Below the pieces are notes generated by a model. The model saw only the letters and a list, made by a program, of their open reading frames with translations. It did not search any database and was not told where the DNA came from. Source: an uncultured Gammaproteobacteria bacterium (GTDB taxonomy: Bacteria; Patescibacteriota; Patescibacteriia; UBA11705). From it: 60,123 nucleotides of DNA. Position numbers and translations under genes: made by a program. Shown piece after piece: positions 49,074-57,679 of this stretch (the first letter of the stretch is position 1; every line of letters begins with the position of its first letter). The stretch covers positions 52,885 to 113,007 of the forward strand of contig CAZQEI010000001.1 in the NCBI GenBank assembly GCA_964592195.1. Direction: 5' to 3'.

Positions 49074-49418
49074 TTATCCGGCTAACGCTTCGATCACCAT
49101 CGTTAAAAGTACTCCGGACAACAAAGCAATTACTAAGCCAGTAGCCGAATAAACCAGGCCTTTTTTTGCAGATTCAAGTTCTTTGGTCATCGCCCCGCTT
49201 AGGATATACCTAATACCGCTAACCACAAAGCCCAGCAAAGCTAACGCACCAGCCAAACCCAGCAAAAACCTGGAGATAACAACTATCGTTTCTTCCACAG
49301 TAGTTAAATTACATGTTTCTAAGTTTCCGTCCTTACAACCATCTGGAACCAAACCGGCCGCACTTACTTGAGTAACGAAAATAAAGCTGATTAATAGAAT
49401 TGCGAATAATCTTTTCAT
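49074..49418 (-). CDS. VirB2/TrbC-like pilin (Cys pair)
   Basis: GLVP.C...C, SGIRYILSG...AKK; ATG 49418 preferred. Confidence 0.78.
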   Translation of the reverse strand: MKRLFAILLISFIFVTQVSAAGLVPDGCKDGNLETCNLTTVEETIVVISRFLLGLAGALALLGFVVSGIRYILSGAMTKELESAKKGLVYSATGLVIALLSGVLLTMVIEALAG

Positions 49419-49516
49419 AAATTTTCTACGAATGACATATTTGCTACGAAACAACGAATATAATTTTCCAATTTGTAGATTCGTAGCCGATTCGTTATTG
49501 GTAGGATCTTCTCTAC

Positions 49517-50926
49517 CTATCTAAGAGTCTGCTGTACCTTGCCAACGCCCAACTCAAGAATTTCCCTGGTTTTATAATTACCGGTCAAAACCTGATCAAT
49601 CATCTCGCCAAAAATCTTGGCAGCGGCACGTTCATCTTTACCCCGATACCAACTCTTGGCCGTCAAAGTTTGTTCTGTAAAAATTGCCAAGTTTTCATCA
49701 GCTACACCTTTATCATATAGTTCTCGCAAGGCTGATGGTCTTTGAGCTTTAGTTAAATATTTTTCTGCTTGATCTTTTGATGTCATGAATTTAATAAAAT
49801 CCCAAGCATAATCAATATTTTTTGATTTTTTTGAAACACTGTAAACCCAGTAATTAGCATAATTAACAGTATCATAGCCTTGCACTTGTAACATCGGAGC
49901 CACTTCCAGATTTAACTTTGGCGCCTGTGCCTGAATCACCTGCTTATCATAGGCATAACCGATATAGTAAGCAGCCTGGCCACGAATAAAGGCTTCGCGT
50001 GCGTTTGGCATTTTGTCGTTCCAAGTATATGAACTTAAAATCGGATCAGCAAATTGTGTATAAAATTCTAAAGCATTTAACCCTGGTGCTTGATTAACAC
50101 CTTCTGCCGCCAAACCCTGAGGGATCTTGTCGAACTCCACCGTGCCATCCACAATCATATTTGCTCGCAGTTGCATCATTAACAAAGATAAAATATCAAA
50201 ATAATTATCAATATTAGTCGATGTGCCCAAAGGTATCGCAGCTAATAAAACATTATTATCTAAATCTAAACGACGAATTTTTTCTACTTGAGCCTGTAAA
50301 TCAGTCCAATATTTTACCGGACTGGCGATGCCGGCTTTATCCAAAATATCTCGATTGTAATATAAAACTAAAGTATCTAAACTCAATGGCAAGCCAAAGA
50401 TTCGTTGCGTAATTTTTGGATTGTCAGCATTACCCTCGTTAAAAGGCAAAACAACATCAGACGTGACAGTATCTCCAAACATGGTTTTAACTTGGAGCGG
50501 AGAAAGCATCTTTACCGGTTGCATTTCCGTGACATACTCTTGTTTAACTGAACCCTTTAAAACTCTGAATGGCAAAGTCACGCTTGCCGGCATAGGAGCC
50601 ATAAGCGGTTGGTATTTCTGTGTCCAAGTATTATGAACTGCAAAAATATCAGGACCTTCGTCCAAAGCAAAACCATTTAATAATTCACTTTCATATTCCT
50701 CTGGAGATAATTGGCGGAATTCAATGTTCACATTGGGATGAATCGCTTTATAACCTTGCAACAACTCAGAATAGTTTTCAGTATTATCATGAACCATCCA
50801 CATTTTCAAAGCAATTTTTTTTGCCCCAGCTTGTTGAGCTGCAGCATCACCACCCTTGGTACAGCTGGCACCACTGGTAATTAAAAAAGTGAACAATAGG
50901 AAGATTGATAAGATGCGTAGTTTCAT
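49517..50926 (-). CDS. extracellular solute-binding lipoprotein (family 1)
   Basis: Lipobox GAS-C, GPDIF, LPLS.DTL.LYYN.D, AW.F.KF. Confidence 0.85.
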   Translation of the reverse strand: MKLRILSIFLLFTFLITSGASCTKGGDAAAQQAGAKKIALKMWMVHDNTENYSELLQGYKAIHPNVNIEFRQLSPEEYESELLNGFALDEGPDIFAVHNTWTQKYQPLMAPMPASVTLPFRVLKGSVKQEYVTEMQPVKMLSPLQVKTMFGDTVTSDVVLPFNEGNADNPKITQRIFGLPLSLDTLVLYYNRDILDKAGIASPVKYWTDLQAQVEKIRRLDLDNNVLLAAIPLGTSTNIDNYFDILSLLMMQLRANMIVDGTVEFDKIPQGLAAEGVNQAPGLNALEFYTQFADPILSSYTWNDKMPNAREAFIRGQAAYYIGYAYDKQVIQAQAPKLNLEVAPMLQVQGYDTVNYANYWVYSVSKKSKNIDYAWDFIKFMTSKDQAEKYLTKAQRPSALRELYDKGVADENLAIFTEQTLTAKSWYRGKDERAAAKIFGEMIDQVLTGNYKTREILELGVGKVQQTLR

Positions 50927-51022
50927 ATATTACCGATCTACGGATTAGTTACGGATATTACTGATAATCACCGATTAACATTTCATATTCGTAGATTCGT
51001 AGCCGATTTGTTATTGGTAGTA

Positions 51023-51892
51023 TTATTTTAACTTTAACCCTTTCAAATACTTTTTAAATTCCGGCGCAATGTCTGGTCGGCGCAAAGCCATTTCAACATT
51101 AGCTCGCAGGTAACCAAGCTTGGAACCAGTATCATAATAAGTGCCTTCAACTTTCTTGGCATAAACCGCTCTCTCTTTCATCAATTTTACAATCGCATCC
51201 ACCAACCAAAGCTCACCACCCTTACCCAGCTTAGTATTTTCCAAAACATCAAAGATGTCAGGTGTTAAGATATAACCACCAACTGAACCGAGTAATGACG
51301 GCGCTTTCAGGGGCCCTGGCTTTTCCACTAACTTCTTGACTTCATACGTATTCTTCGATAATTCCACACCATCAATAACACCATATCGGTTCGTTTCTTC
51401 TTTATTAATATCAATCACCGTCAAAACCGGATCCTGATATTTCTCATAAGTTTCAATTAACTGTTTCAATCGAGGTCGATGTGGACATTGCCAAAATTCA
51501 TCGCCCCACAATACGGCAAATGGTTCGTCACCAACAATACTTTTCGCGCACAATACAGGAGTACCATTACCATACGGGCCTTTTTGTCTAATGAAAATAA
51601 AGTTCGCCATGTCAGCAATTTTTTTCAGCTCTTCCCTCTCTTTATCCTTACCGGCGGCTTTTAAAAAATGTTGAATTTCAAAACTATAACTAAAGTGATC
51701 TTCCACTGCTCGTTTACCACTGCCGGTAACTAAAATAATATCGGTAATCCCCGAAGCCACACACTCTTCCACCACGTATTGAATAATTGGTTTATCAACA
51801 ATAGGCAACATTTCTTTTGGTTGCGCTTTGGTAGCTGGCAAAAACCGAGTGCCATAACCGGCGACTGGTATAACAGCTTTACGTATTTTCAT
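51023..51892 (-). CDS. galU: UTP--glucose-1-phosphate uridylyltransferase
   Basis: KAVIPVAGYGTRFLPATKAQPKEMLPIVDKP, VEKP. Confidence 0.95.
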   Translation of the reverse strand: MKIRKAVIPVAGYGTRFLPATKAQPKEMLPIVDKPIIQYVVEECVASGITDIILVTGSGKRAVEDHFSYSFEIQHFLKAAGKDKEREELKKIADMANFIFIRQKGPYGNGTPVLCAKSIVGDEPFAVLWGDEFWQCPHRPRLKQLIETYEKYQDPVLTVIDINKEETNRYGVIDGVELSKNTYEVKKLVEKPGPLKAPSLLGSVGGYILTPDIFDVLENTKLGKGGELWLVDAIVKLMKERAVYAKKVEGTYYDTGSKLGYLRANVEMALRRPDIAPEFKKYLKGLKLK

Positions 51893-52039
51893 ATATAAAA
51901 TTCCTCAATTCAAATAAATAAGTTCAATATTATTATAGCACAAAATACCAAATTAACTTAATTAAAAAGTGAATAAGTAGTGAAATCAAGTTTAAAATAT
52001 CCGTAATCATCTGTAATACCTGTATTTATCCGTAAATCC

Positions 52040-52080
52040 GTCATGTCATACGACATGACTGGCATATCGAATGATATGCC
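52040..52080. repeat. tandem double hairpin (TGTC-N4-GACA + TATC-N4-GATA)
   Basis: GTCATGTC-ATAC-GACATGAC-T-GGCATATC-GAAT-GATATGCC, flanked by CCGT on both sides. Confidence 0.75.
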
Positions 52081-52137
52081 GTAATAATCAAAAACTCCCC
52101 ATTACTGGAGAGTTCTTGGAGAAATATAATCTGTAGA

Positions 52138-52398
52138 TTAATTTCGAGGAGCTGAAGGTCGCGCTTCAGAAACATTGATGTTGCGACCGTCGATGGTGTA
52201 GCCATTGAATTGGCTGATAGCATTTTGCGCTTCTTCGTCCGTTGACATTTCAACGAAGCCAAAGCCGCGGCTGCGGCCGGTTTCGCGATCTGTGATCACG
52301 GTCGCTGACACGACGTTACCTGCTTGCGAAAATAACGCTTGCAAGTCTTCGCTCGTAGTCTTGAAGGGCAAACTACCGATGAATAACTTTTTCGCCAT
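52138..52398 (-). CDS. RRM RNA-binding protein
   Basis: RNP2 LFIGSL, RNP1 RGFGFVEM. Confidence 0.95.
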   Translation of the reverse strand: MAKKLFIGSLPFKTTSEDLQALFSQAGNVVSATVITDRETGRSRGFGFVEMSTDEEAQNAISQFNGYTIDGRNINVSEARPSAPRN

Positions 52399-52547
52399 AC
52401 TTGGATGGTGTAATAATTATTGTTTCAACCGACTGGATAACTTCTTATCCTGCCGACCTATCCAATAATTGTAATCAACTTCCCGTCGACCTTATTGTCC
52501 ACCCAAATATAACATATAACAAAGACAATAATCAGGAACTTTTTAAC

Positions 52548-52668
52548 TGGTGCAATCAGAGGGACTCGAACCCCCAGCCTCCTTGATTCGCCATGTCTTA
52601 CGACATAACAAAAAGCCAAGAAGACTTTCCAGTTGCAAACCTGTCGATCGACAGGCAGCTATGACTGC
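52548..52668 (-). other. tRNA-Arg-derived copy 3 with two hairpin inserts
   Basis: Acceptor stem, T-arm and CCA retained; inserts at 52591-52612 and 52636-52656. Confidence 0.85.
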
Positions 52669-52676
52669 TTATTTAT

Positions 52677-52798
52677 TGGTGCAGCCAGAGGGACTCGAAC
52701 CCCCAACCCCTTGGTTCGCCGCGTCATTCGACACGGCTTGAAGCCAAGAAACTTTATCCAGTTGCTTGCCCTGTCGCATGACAGGGAGCTATGACTGC
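52677..52798 (-). other. tRNA-Arg-derived copy 2 with two hairpin inserts
   Basis: 3' half identical to the tRNA; 22-nt inserts at 52719-52740 and 52765-52786. Confidence 0.88.
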
Positions 52799-53058
52799 CT
52801 ATATTTAATTTGAACTAGCAAATCTCGTATTTGTTGTCTTAACAACCTTTTACCTTCAGTAGTTTTTAAAAATTTCTCCCTACGAACAGCATCAGATTTC
52901 AATCGATAAACTTCATAATGTATTAATTCTAGTGGTAACTTTCCCTTTGTTGAATCTACCTTACCAGTCTCATGTTGCTTCAATCGTTTCGTTAAATCTT
53001 CAGTTTCTCCTGTATACAACGTATTATTATTTAGATGTAGGATATATACATAATGCAT
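52789..53058 (-). CDS. small GIY-YIG nuclease-family protein (89 aa)
   Basis: YVYIL...LYTG.T..L.KRL.QH, YE......A.RREK.LK; ATG 53058 lies 6 nt after the tRNA CCA. Confidence 0.92.
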   Translation of the reverse strand: MHYVYILHLNNNTLYTGETEDLTKRLKQHETGKVDSTKGKLPLELIHYEVYRLKSDAVRREKFLKTTEGKRLLRQQIRDLLVQIKYRQS

Positions 53059-53064
53059 ATTAAC

Positions 53065-53141
53065 TGGTGCAGCCAGAGGGACTCGAACCCCCAACCCCTT
53101 GGTTCGAAGCCAAGTACTCTATCCAGTTGAGCTATGACTGC
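53065..53141 (-). tRNA. tRNA-Arg(TCG)
   Basis: GCAGTCA/TGGCTGC acceptor, CTTGG-CTTCGAA-CCAAG anticodon arm, TTCGAGT T-loop, encoded CCA, 77 nt. Confidence 0.96.
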
Positions 53142-53306
53142 CTATACTCTAAATAACAAACATTTTTATTTAATCGTATTCTACCATATTAATTTGGTTT
53201 ATGCAATCCAGGAGCTCAAAAATTCTAAATCCTAAATTCTAAGCACTAAAGATGGTTTTTACCGATTGCTTTGTTGCTTTTTTGATTTCTTAATTTTTTC
53301 CAAAAA

Positions 53307-54005
53307 CTACACTCCCCAACCCTGCTTTTCAAGGGCTAATCGAGCGGCCGCTTCTTGGGCTTCTTGTTTACTGGAACCAGTGCCGGTAGCTAATAATTCT
53401 TTGTTAACGTAAACACCCACTTCAAAAGTCTTCGCATGATCAGGACCTTCTTCGCTTAAAACTTTGTAAACAGGTGTAGAACCAGAATGCTCCTGCGCCT
53501 GTTCTTGAAAATGTGTTTTGGGATCCATGTACAATTTCTTGTCCAAAATTTCTTTTAATTCTGGTAATAAGAAAGTATGCACAAATTCTTTTGCTTCTTT
53601 ATAGCCTTGATCTAAATAAATAGCTCCAGTCAAAGACTCAAAAGTATTGGATAAAATATAATTACGCGCTTTTCCAGTATCTTTCTGTTCTCCTTTGCTT
53701 AACAATAAAAATTCTTCCGCTCCAATCATTTTGGCAATCTTGGCCAACATAGTGCCATTTACCAAACTAGCGCGCCAATTGGTCAACTCGCCTTCCGGAT
53801 TTTTGAAGGTTGAATATAAATGTTCGGTTACAATTAATTCCAAAACTGCGTCACCTAAAAATTCTAAACGCTCATTGTGTTCCAAGGGAAAATCACGATG
53901 CTCATTTAAATACGAACGGTGAACAAACGCTTGTTGCAGCAATTCTTTGTTTTTAAATTTCACTTTGATGGCTTTTTCAAAAGCCGTAAATTTATTTTCT
54001 GACAT
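53307..54005 (-). CDS. rnc: ribonuclease III
   Basis: NERLEFLGDAVL signature, C-terminal dsRBD. Confidence 0.97.
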   Translation of the reverse strand: MSENKFTAFEKAIKVKFKNKELLQQAFVHRSYLNEHRDFPLEHNERLEFLGDAVLELIVTEHLYSTFKNPEGELTNWRASLVNGTMLAKIAKMIGAEEFLLLSKGEQKDTGKARNYILSNTFESLTGAIYLDQGYKEAKEFVHTFLLPELKEILDKKLYMDPKTHFQEQAQEHSGSTPVYKVLSEEGPDHAKTFEVGVYVNKELLATGTGSSKQEAQEAAARLALEKQGWGV

Positions 54006-54163
54006 AAAAAAACCGACATCATTCCATTACGCCGGTGATCGTCTCCTCTTGATTTTAGCAAAAAATAACAATCAACCACGTAAAAGAATAATTTACGTGC
54101 ACGCAAAGAATAACAAGAGTTAAACTTATTCCCCTTTGCCTGCTTAATTATTTAAAAAACTAA

Positions 54164-54688
54164 CTATTTATCTTCTTTGGGTACTTTTGCTGTCTTTTCA
54201 ATCTTTTCTTCTGCCACAACTGGAATTTCAGCCGCCACTTCTGGTTGCTGTTCTTTGTCCTCTGTTTTCAAAACATTACCCAAATTCTTATATATAGAAC
54301 CTAACACGCCATTTACAAATTTTCCAGATGAATCACCACCAAAATTCTTGGCCACTTCAATAGCTTCATTGATAGCCACTTTTGATGGAACGTCTTGGTC
54401 AAAGACCAATTCGTAAATTCCAATACGCAAAATATTGCGATCAACATTCGTGATCTGATCCAATGGCCATTCTGGAGCATATTTTACAATATACCCATCA
54501 ATGTCCGTGATATTTTTTAATACGCCGGTGATAATCTTCTTGGTAAAAGTTTGATCCGCTTCTTTGGTCGAAAACTCGGTGTAATCATAGTCAATAATCT
54601 GCGGCATCTTACCCTCAGCTGACTGACGAAAATCCCACTCATAGAGAGCTTGCATGGCCAAAGTTCGAGCTAAATGGCGATTGGACAT
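54164..54688 (-). CDS. nusB: transcription antitermination factor NusB
   Basis: [36 protein letters not shown]; ATG 54688. Confidence 0.95.
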   Translation of the reverse strand: MSNRHLARTLAMQALYEWDFRQSAEGKMPQIIDYDYTEFSTKEADQTFTKKIITGVLKNITDIDGYIVKYAPEWPLDQITNVDRNILRIGIYELVFDQDVPSKVAINEAIEVAKNFGGDSSGKFVNGVLGSIYKNLGNVLKTEDKEQQPEVAAEIPVVAEEKIEKTAKVPKEDK

Positions 54689-54928
54689 AAGGTACAAATT
54701 AATATTTTTAACGTATTACAAGCATTATTATACACTATTTTTTAAAAAATTGCAAGTTTTAGAGGTAAATTTAGCTTATTTTAGTGCTACTGATCTACAG
54801 ATACCTACAGATACTACCGATAAAACAACAAAAACTATCATTTTATCTTATCCGTAGTATCCGTAGCTCATATATTATTCAATCTAAAAATTCGTAACAT
54901 CCGTAGTCCTATTATTGGCTCTGTATAA

Positions 54929-54962
54929 TAAACAAAAAACACCGCCTTTTCGACGGTGCAAA
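54929..54962 (-). terminator. terminator near-identical to the pyrBI terminator
   Basis: GCACCGTC-GAAA-AGGCGGTG-TTTTTT on the minus strand. Confidence 0.75.
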
Positions 54963-54963
54963 A

Positions 54964-55368
54964 TTAAATGTTAATCAATCGGAATTGCTCTCCAAAGGAA
55001 CAAGAAATGGGCTCACTGCTATTAAATCTAGCGATCAGGTCGTCTAATTTACGTTGACGAAGAACAACTACAAACGGTAAATCATAATCTTGAAAGGTGA
55101 AATGAATAACCAATACATTATCGACCAACTCATTGGTGAAGTTTTCATCAATGAAACACGCTAAGCGAACGGCGGTCATCCTGGCTCTATTTAATTCATC
55201 ACCGTTAATTAGACGTAACCGGATAGGAATAGCTTCATCAATTGCACGTTCAAACGCTCTCTTGAGTTTTCGTTCTAATTCAACCGCTTGAGTTCGAATT
55301 TCAACACAAAGCTGGGCATCACGATCATTCGAGTAGTCTCTCGGGTTATTCTCGCCAGGATACAACAT
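54964..55368 (-). CDS. hypothetical protein, paralog of 55405-55806
   Basis: GGGAGG SD; C-terminus LDDLIARFNSSEPIS...RLINI. Confidence 0.7.
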   Translation of the reverse strand: MLYPGENNPRDYSNDRDAQLCVEIRTQAVELERKLKRAFERAIDEAIPIRLRLINGDELNRARMTAVRLACFIDENFTNELVDNVLVIHFTFQDYDLPFVVVLRQRKLDDLIARFNSSEPISCSFGEQFRLINI

Positions 55369-55404
55369 GATGACCTCCCTCTCGGTTGTGGGAAGGATTT
55401 ATGA

Positions 55405-55806
55405 TTAAACGTTAACAGCTCTGACTCTTTCTGAATTCAATCCACAAATGGGTTCACCTTTTTCAAAATTATCAAAGACTTTATCTAATTCATCCGTAGT
55501 GCCTTCAAATTTGAAAGAACATTGTTGATTGGCTAATTCAAAATTGACTTGAGCATGACAAACTGCGCCAACGAACCAAACTTTGCCCAACGAAACTTTT
55601 GACACTTCAGTTAAAACCAGAGACATGGGATGATGACCTTCGTAACGCCAAGAGACTTTACGTTGCCAACATTTATTCAGACGTTCCATCAATCGTTCGC
55701 GAATACTTTTTTCAAAAGCATGATTCAATTCACATTGTTCAATCTCTTTTTCATCTTCCGACAACCGAGCGCACTTACAGCACTTAAACGCCGGGACTTG
55801 AAGCAT
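55405..55806 (-). CDS. hypothetical protein with N-terminal CxxC...C..H
   Basis: ATG 55806 with GGAGG SD; C-terminus LDKVFDNFEKGEPIC...RAVNV. Confidence 0.7.
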   Translation of the reverse strand: MLQVPAFKCCKCARLSEDEKEIEQCELNHAFEKSIRERLMERLNKCWQRKVSWRYEGHHPMSLVLTEVSKVSLGKVWFVGAVCHAQVNFELANQQCSFKFEGTTDELDKVFDNFEKGEPICGLNSERVRAVNV

Positions 55807-55889
55807 GCAGTCCTCCGTTTTGGTTTGTGATACGCATCTCTTTATTCTCTTCTTCAAAATTGGTATACTATAACTATCAAGAGCTTAAC

Positions 55890-57203
55890 ATGCCGAAGGC
55901 ATTTATGCAAAAACTCAAACTGGTGATAAATTGGTTAATTGTTTTGGTGATAGTTTTGCTACCATTTCAAACTCGATTTATTATTCCCAATCAAAACTGG
56001 CCGCAAATTGAATATTTGTCCCTGTCTTTTTATTTTACTGAAATACTCATAGCGCTTGTAATAATACTATCCACCATCCGCTTATTATTAACCCGAAAAG
56101 AACGTTCAAAAACTCATCGTTTTGCTTTATTGCTTTCTTGCTTTCTTGCTTTCTTACTCTTCTCCAACCTTTCACTCTTCCACACTACAAACTACGATCT
56201 ATATCTTCAAAAAATCACTTGGTTAATTCTGAGCACTAGTTTTTGTTTATCAATTCTAATTAGCCAAATCGAGAGGCCTCGTTTATCGTTTGCTCTCATA
56301 ATGTCAGGAGTCATTCAATCTTTGTTTGCTATTCAACAACATATTTCTCAAAAAGTTTTTGCCAGCAAATGGTTAGGCATGGCCACTCAAACACCTGATA
56401 TTCAAGGCGTGCCAGTAATAATTGGCGAATCAGGCAATAGAATTCTTCGCGTTTTTGGTAGCTTCCCTCACCCAAACATACTCGGCGGCTTTTTGGCTTT
56501 AACTCTAGTTATCAGTATTTGGTATTTAATCAAAGAAAAACATAATAACTGCTGGCTTTGTTTCTTTATCGTTGTTCAATCGCTGGGGTTGTTATTTACA
56601 TTTTCTCGAAGCGCTATTATCGCCGCTGTCGCTGGAATCATAACCATTATGATTATTGGATTAATAAAAAAAATCCCCAGAGCATTTACCACCGGACTCG
56701 CCACCATAATCTTATTAACAATTCTTAGCAGTTATATTTTTCAATTTATTCATGTTTCTATCTCCACTCGTTTTAATTCAATTAATCCTATTCAAAAACA
56801 ATCACAGATAGAACGCGTTGATCAATACAAAGAATCGTTTATTATTTGGAAAAATAATTGGTTGCTCGGTGTCGGGTACGGCAACTATATTCCAGCCTTG
56901 ATTAAACAATTCCCCAAGCACGAACATTGGTGGTATCAGCCAGTTCATAATTCTTTGTGGTTAATGATAATTGAAGGCGGTATTGGTCTTACTATTTCTT
57001 TGATCACACTGCTTTATTTAATATTTAAAAAGATTAGGTCAGAGAACTTTCTATTTGTTTTGCCCACACTCATTCCGTTATTCATACTTTTATTACTCGA
57101 CCATTATTTATATAGTTTCTATTTTGGAATAATGTTTACTGGTCTAATTTTTACATTTATTATCAAACAAAACCAAGGAGCTAATCATGAGCTTCCGAGT
57201 TGA
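55890..57203 (+). CDS. O-antigen ligase/polymerase-family (Wzy_C) membrane protein
   Basis: R.FGSFPHPNILGG, TFSRSA, G.G.GNY, VHN.....E.G. Confidence 0.85.
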   Translation: MPKAFMQKLKLVINWLIVLVIVLLPFQTRFIIPNQNWPQIEYLSLSFYFTEILIALVIILSTIRLLLTRKERSKTHRFALLLSCFLAFLLFSNLSLFHTTNYDLYLQKITWLILSTSFCLSILISQIERPRLSFALIMSGVIQSLFAIQQHISQKVFASKWLGMATQTPDIQGVPVIIGESGNRILRVFGSFPHPNILGGFLALTLVISIWYLIKEKHNNCWLCFFIVVQSLGLLFTFSRSAIIAAVAGIITIMIIGLIKKIPRAFTTGLATIILLTILSSYIFQFIHVSISTRFNSINPIQKQSQIERVDQYKESFIIWKNNWLLGVGYGNYIPALIKQFPKHEHWWYQPVHNSLWLMIIEGGIGLTISLITLLYLIFKKIRSENFLFVLPTLIPLFILLLLDHYLYSFYFGIMFTGLIFTFIIKQNQGANHELPS

Positions 57204-57555
57204 GAGATCATTGACTTTTTTCCGCCAAAACTTTCTCTTGATTTTGAAAAGTAAAATTGTAGCCAACTTGTTCTTTCGTTTTTTTGAACCTTTTCAACGC
57301 GCTGATTTGAAATGCTATCTCGATTCCCTGTATCGCACGCTGTGTGTCAGAGAGAACTTCATTCAACTAGTTGATAAACATGAAAAACGTTATGGCTTTG
57401 AGACACCGGAAGAACTGGTAAAGTTCAAACAACGCGCCCAATCTCAATACAAAGACATGCTGAAAATGTTGCAAAATGAACAAGAATATCTTATTTCCCG
57501 CGGAATTTCACTATCACTAAGCAAAGCGCTGGCCATTATCGTTCTCGGAGAATAG
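57187..57555 (+). CDS. hypothetical protein
   Basis: AAGGAG SD, 122 aa. Confidence 0.6.
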   Translation: MSFRVERSLTFFRQNFLLILKSKIVANLFFRFFEPFQRADLKCYLDSLYRTLCVRENFIQLVDKHEKRYGFETPEELVKFKQRAQSQYKDMLKMLQNEQEYLISRGISLSLSKALAIIVLGE

Positions 57556-57679
57556 ACAACCTAAACCGGTTGTCCCGTCCAAATCCTTCCAAAAAATTGA
57601 GGCGAGGATCCCGATACAATCGGGATTTTTTATTATATTTATCCTCATTTTACCCACGAAATAACCATTGCCAAGACTC

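Noticed and set aside
52677-52798. Group I or BHB intron-containing functional tRNA
   Set aside because: Inserts are too short for self-splicing, no clear bulge-helix-bulge is seen, and the D-arm 3' strand is also altered; not fully excluded
53059-53094. N-terminal extension MGVRVPLAAPVN of the GIY-YIG ORF
   Set aside because: It is translated tRNA sequence; the ATG at 53058 fits the family start
52548-53141. Prophage/island attL-attR duplication at tRNA-Arg
   Set aside because: The duplicates are full-length with internal inserts, there is no integrase, and the only cargo is 270 bp
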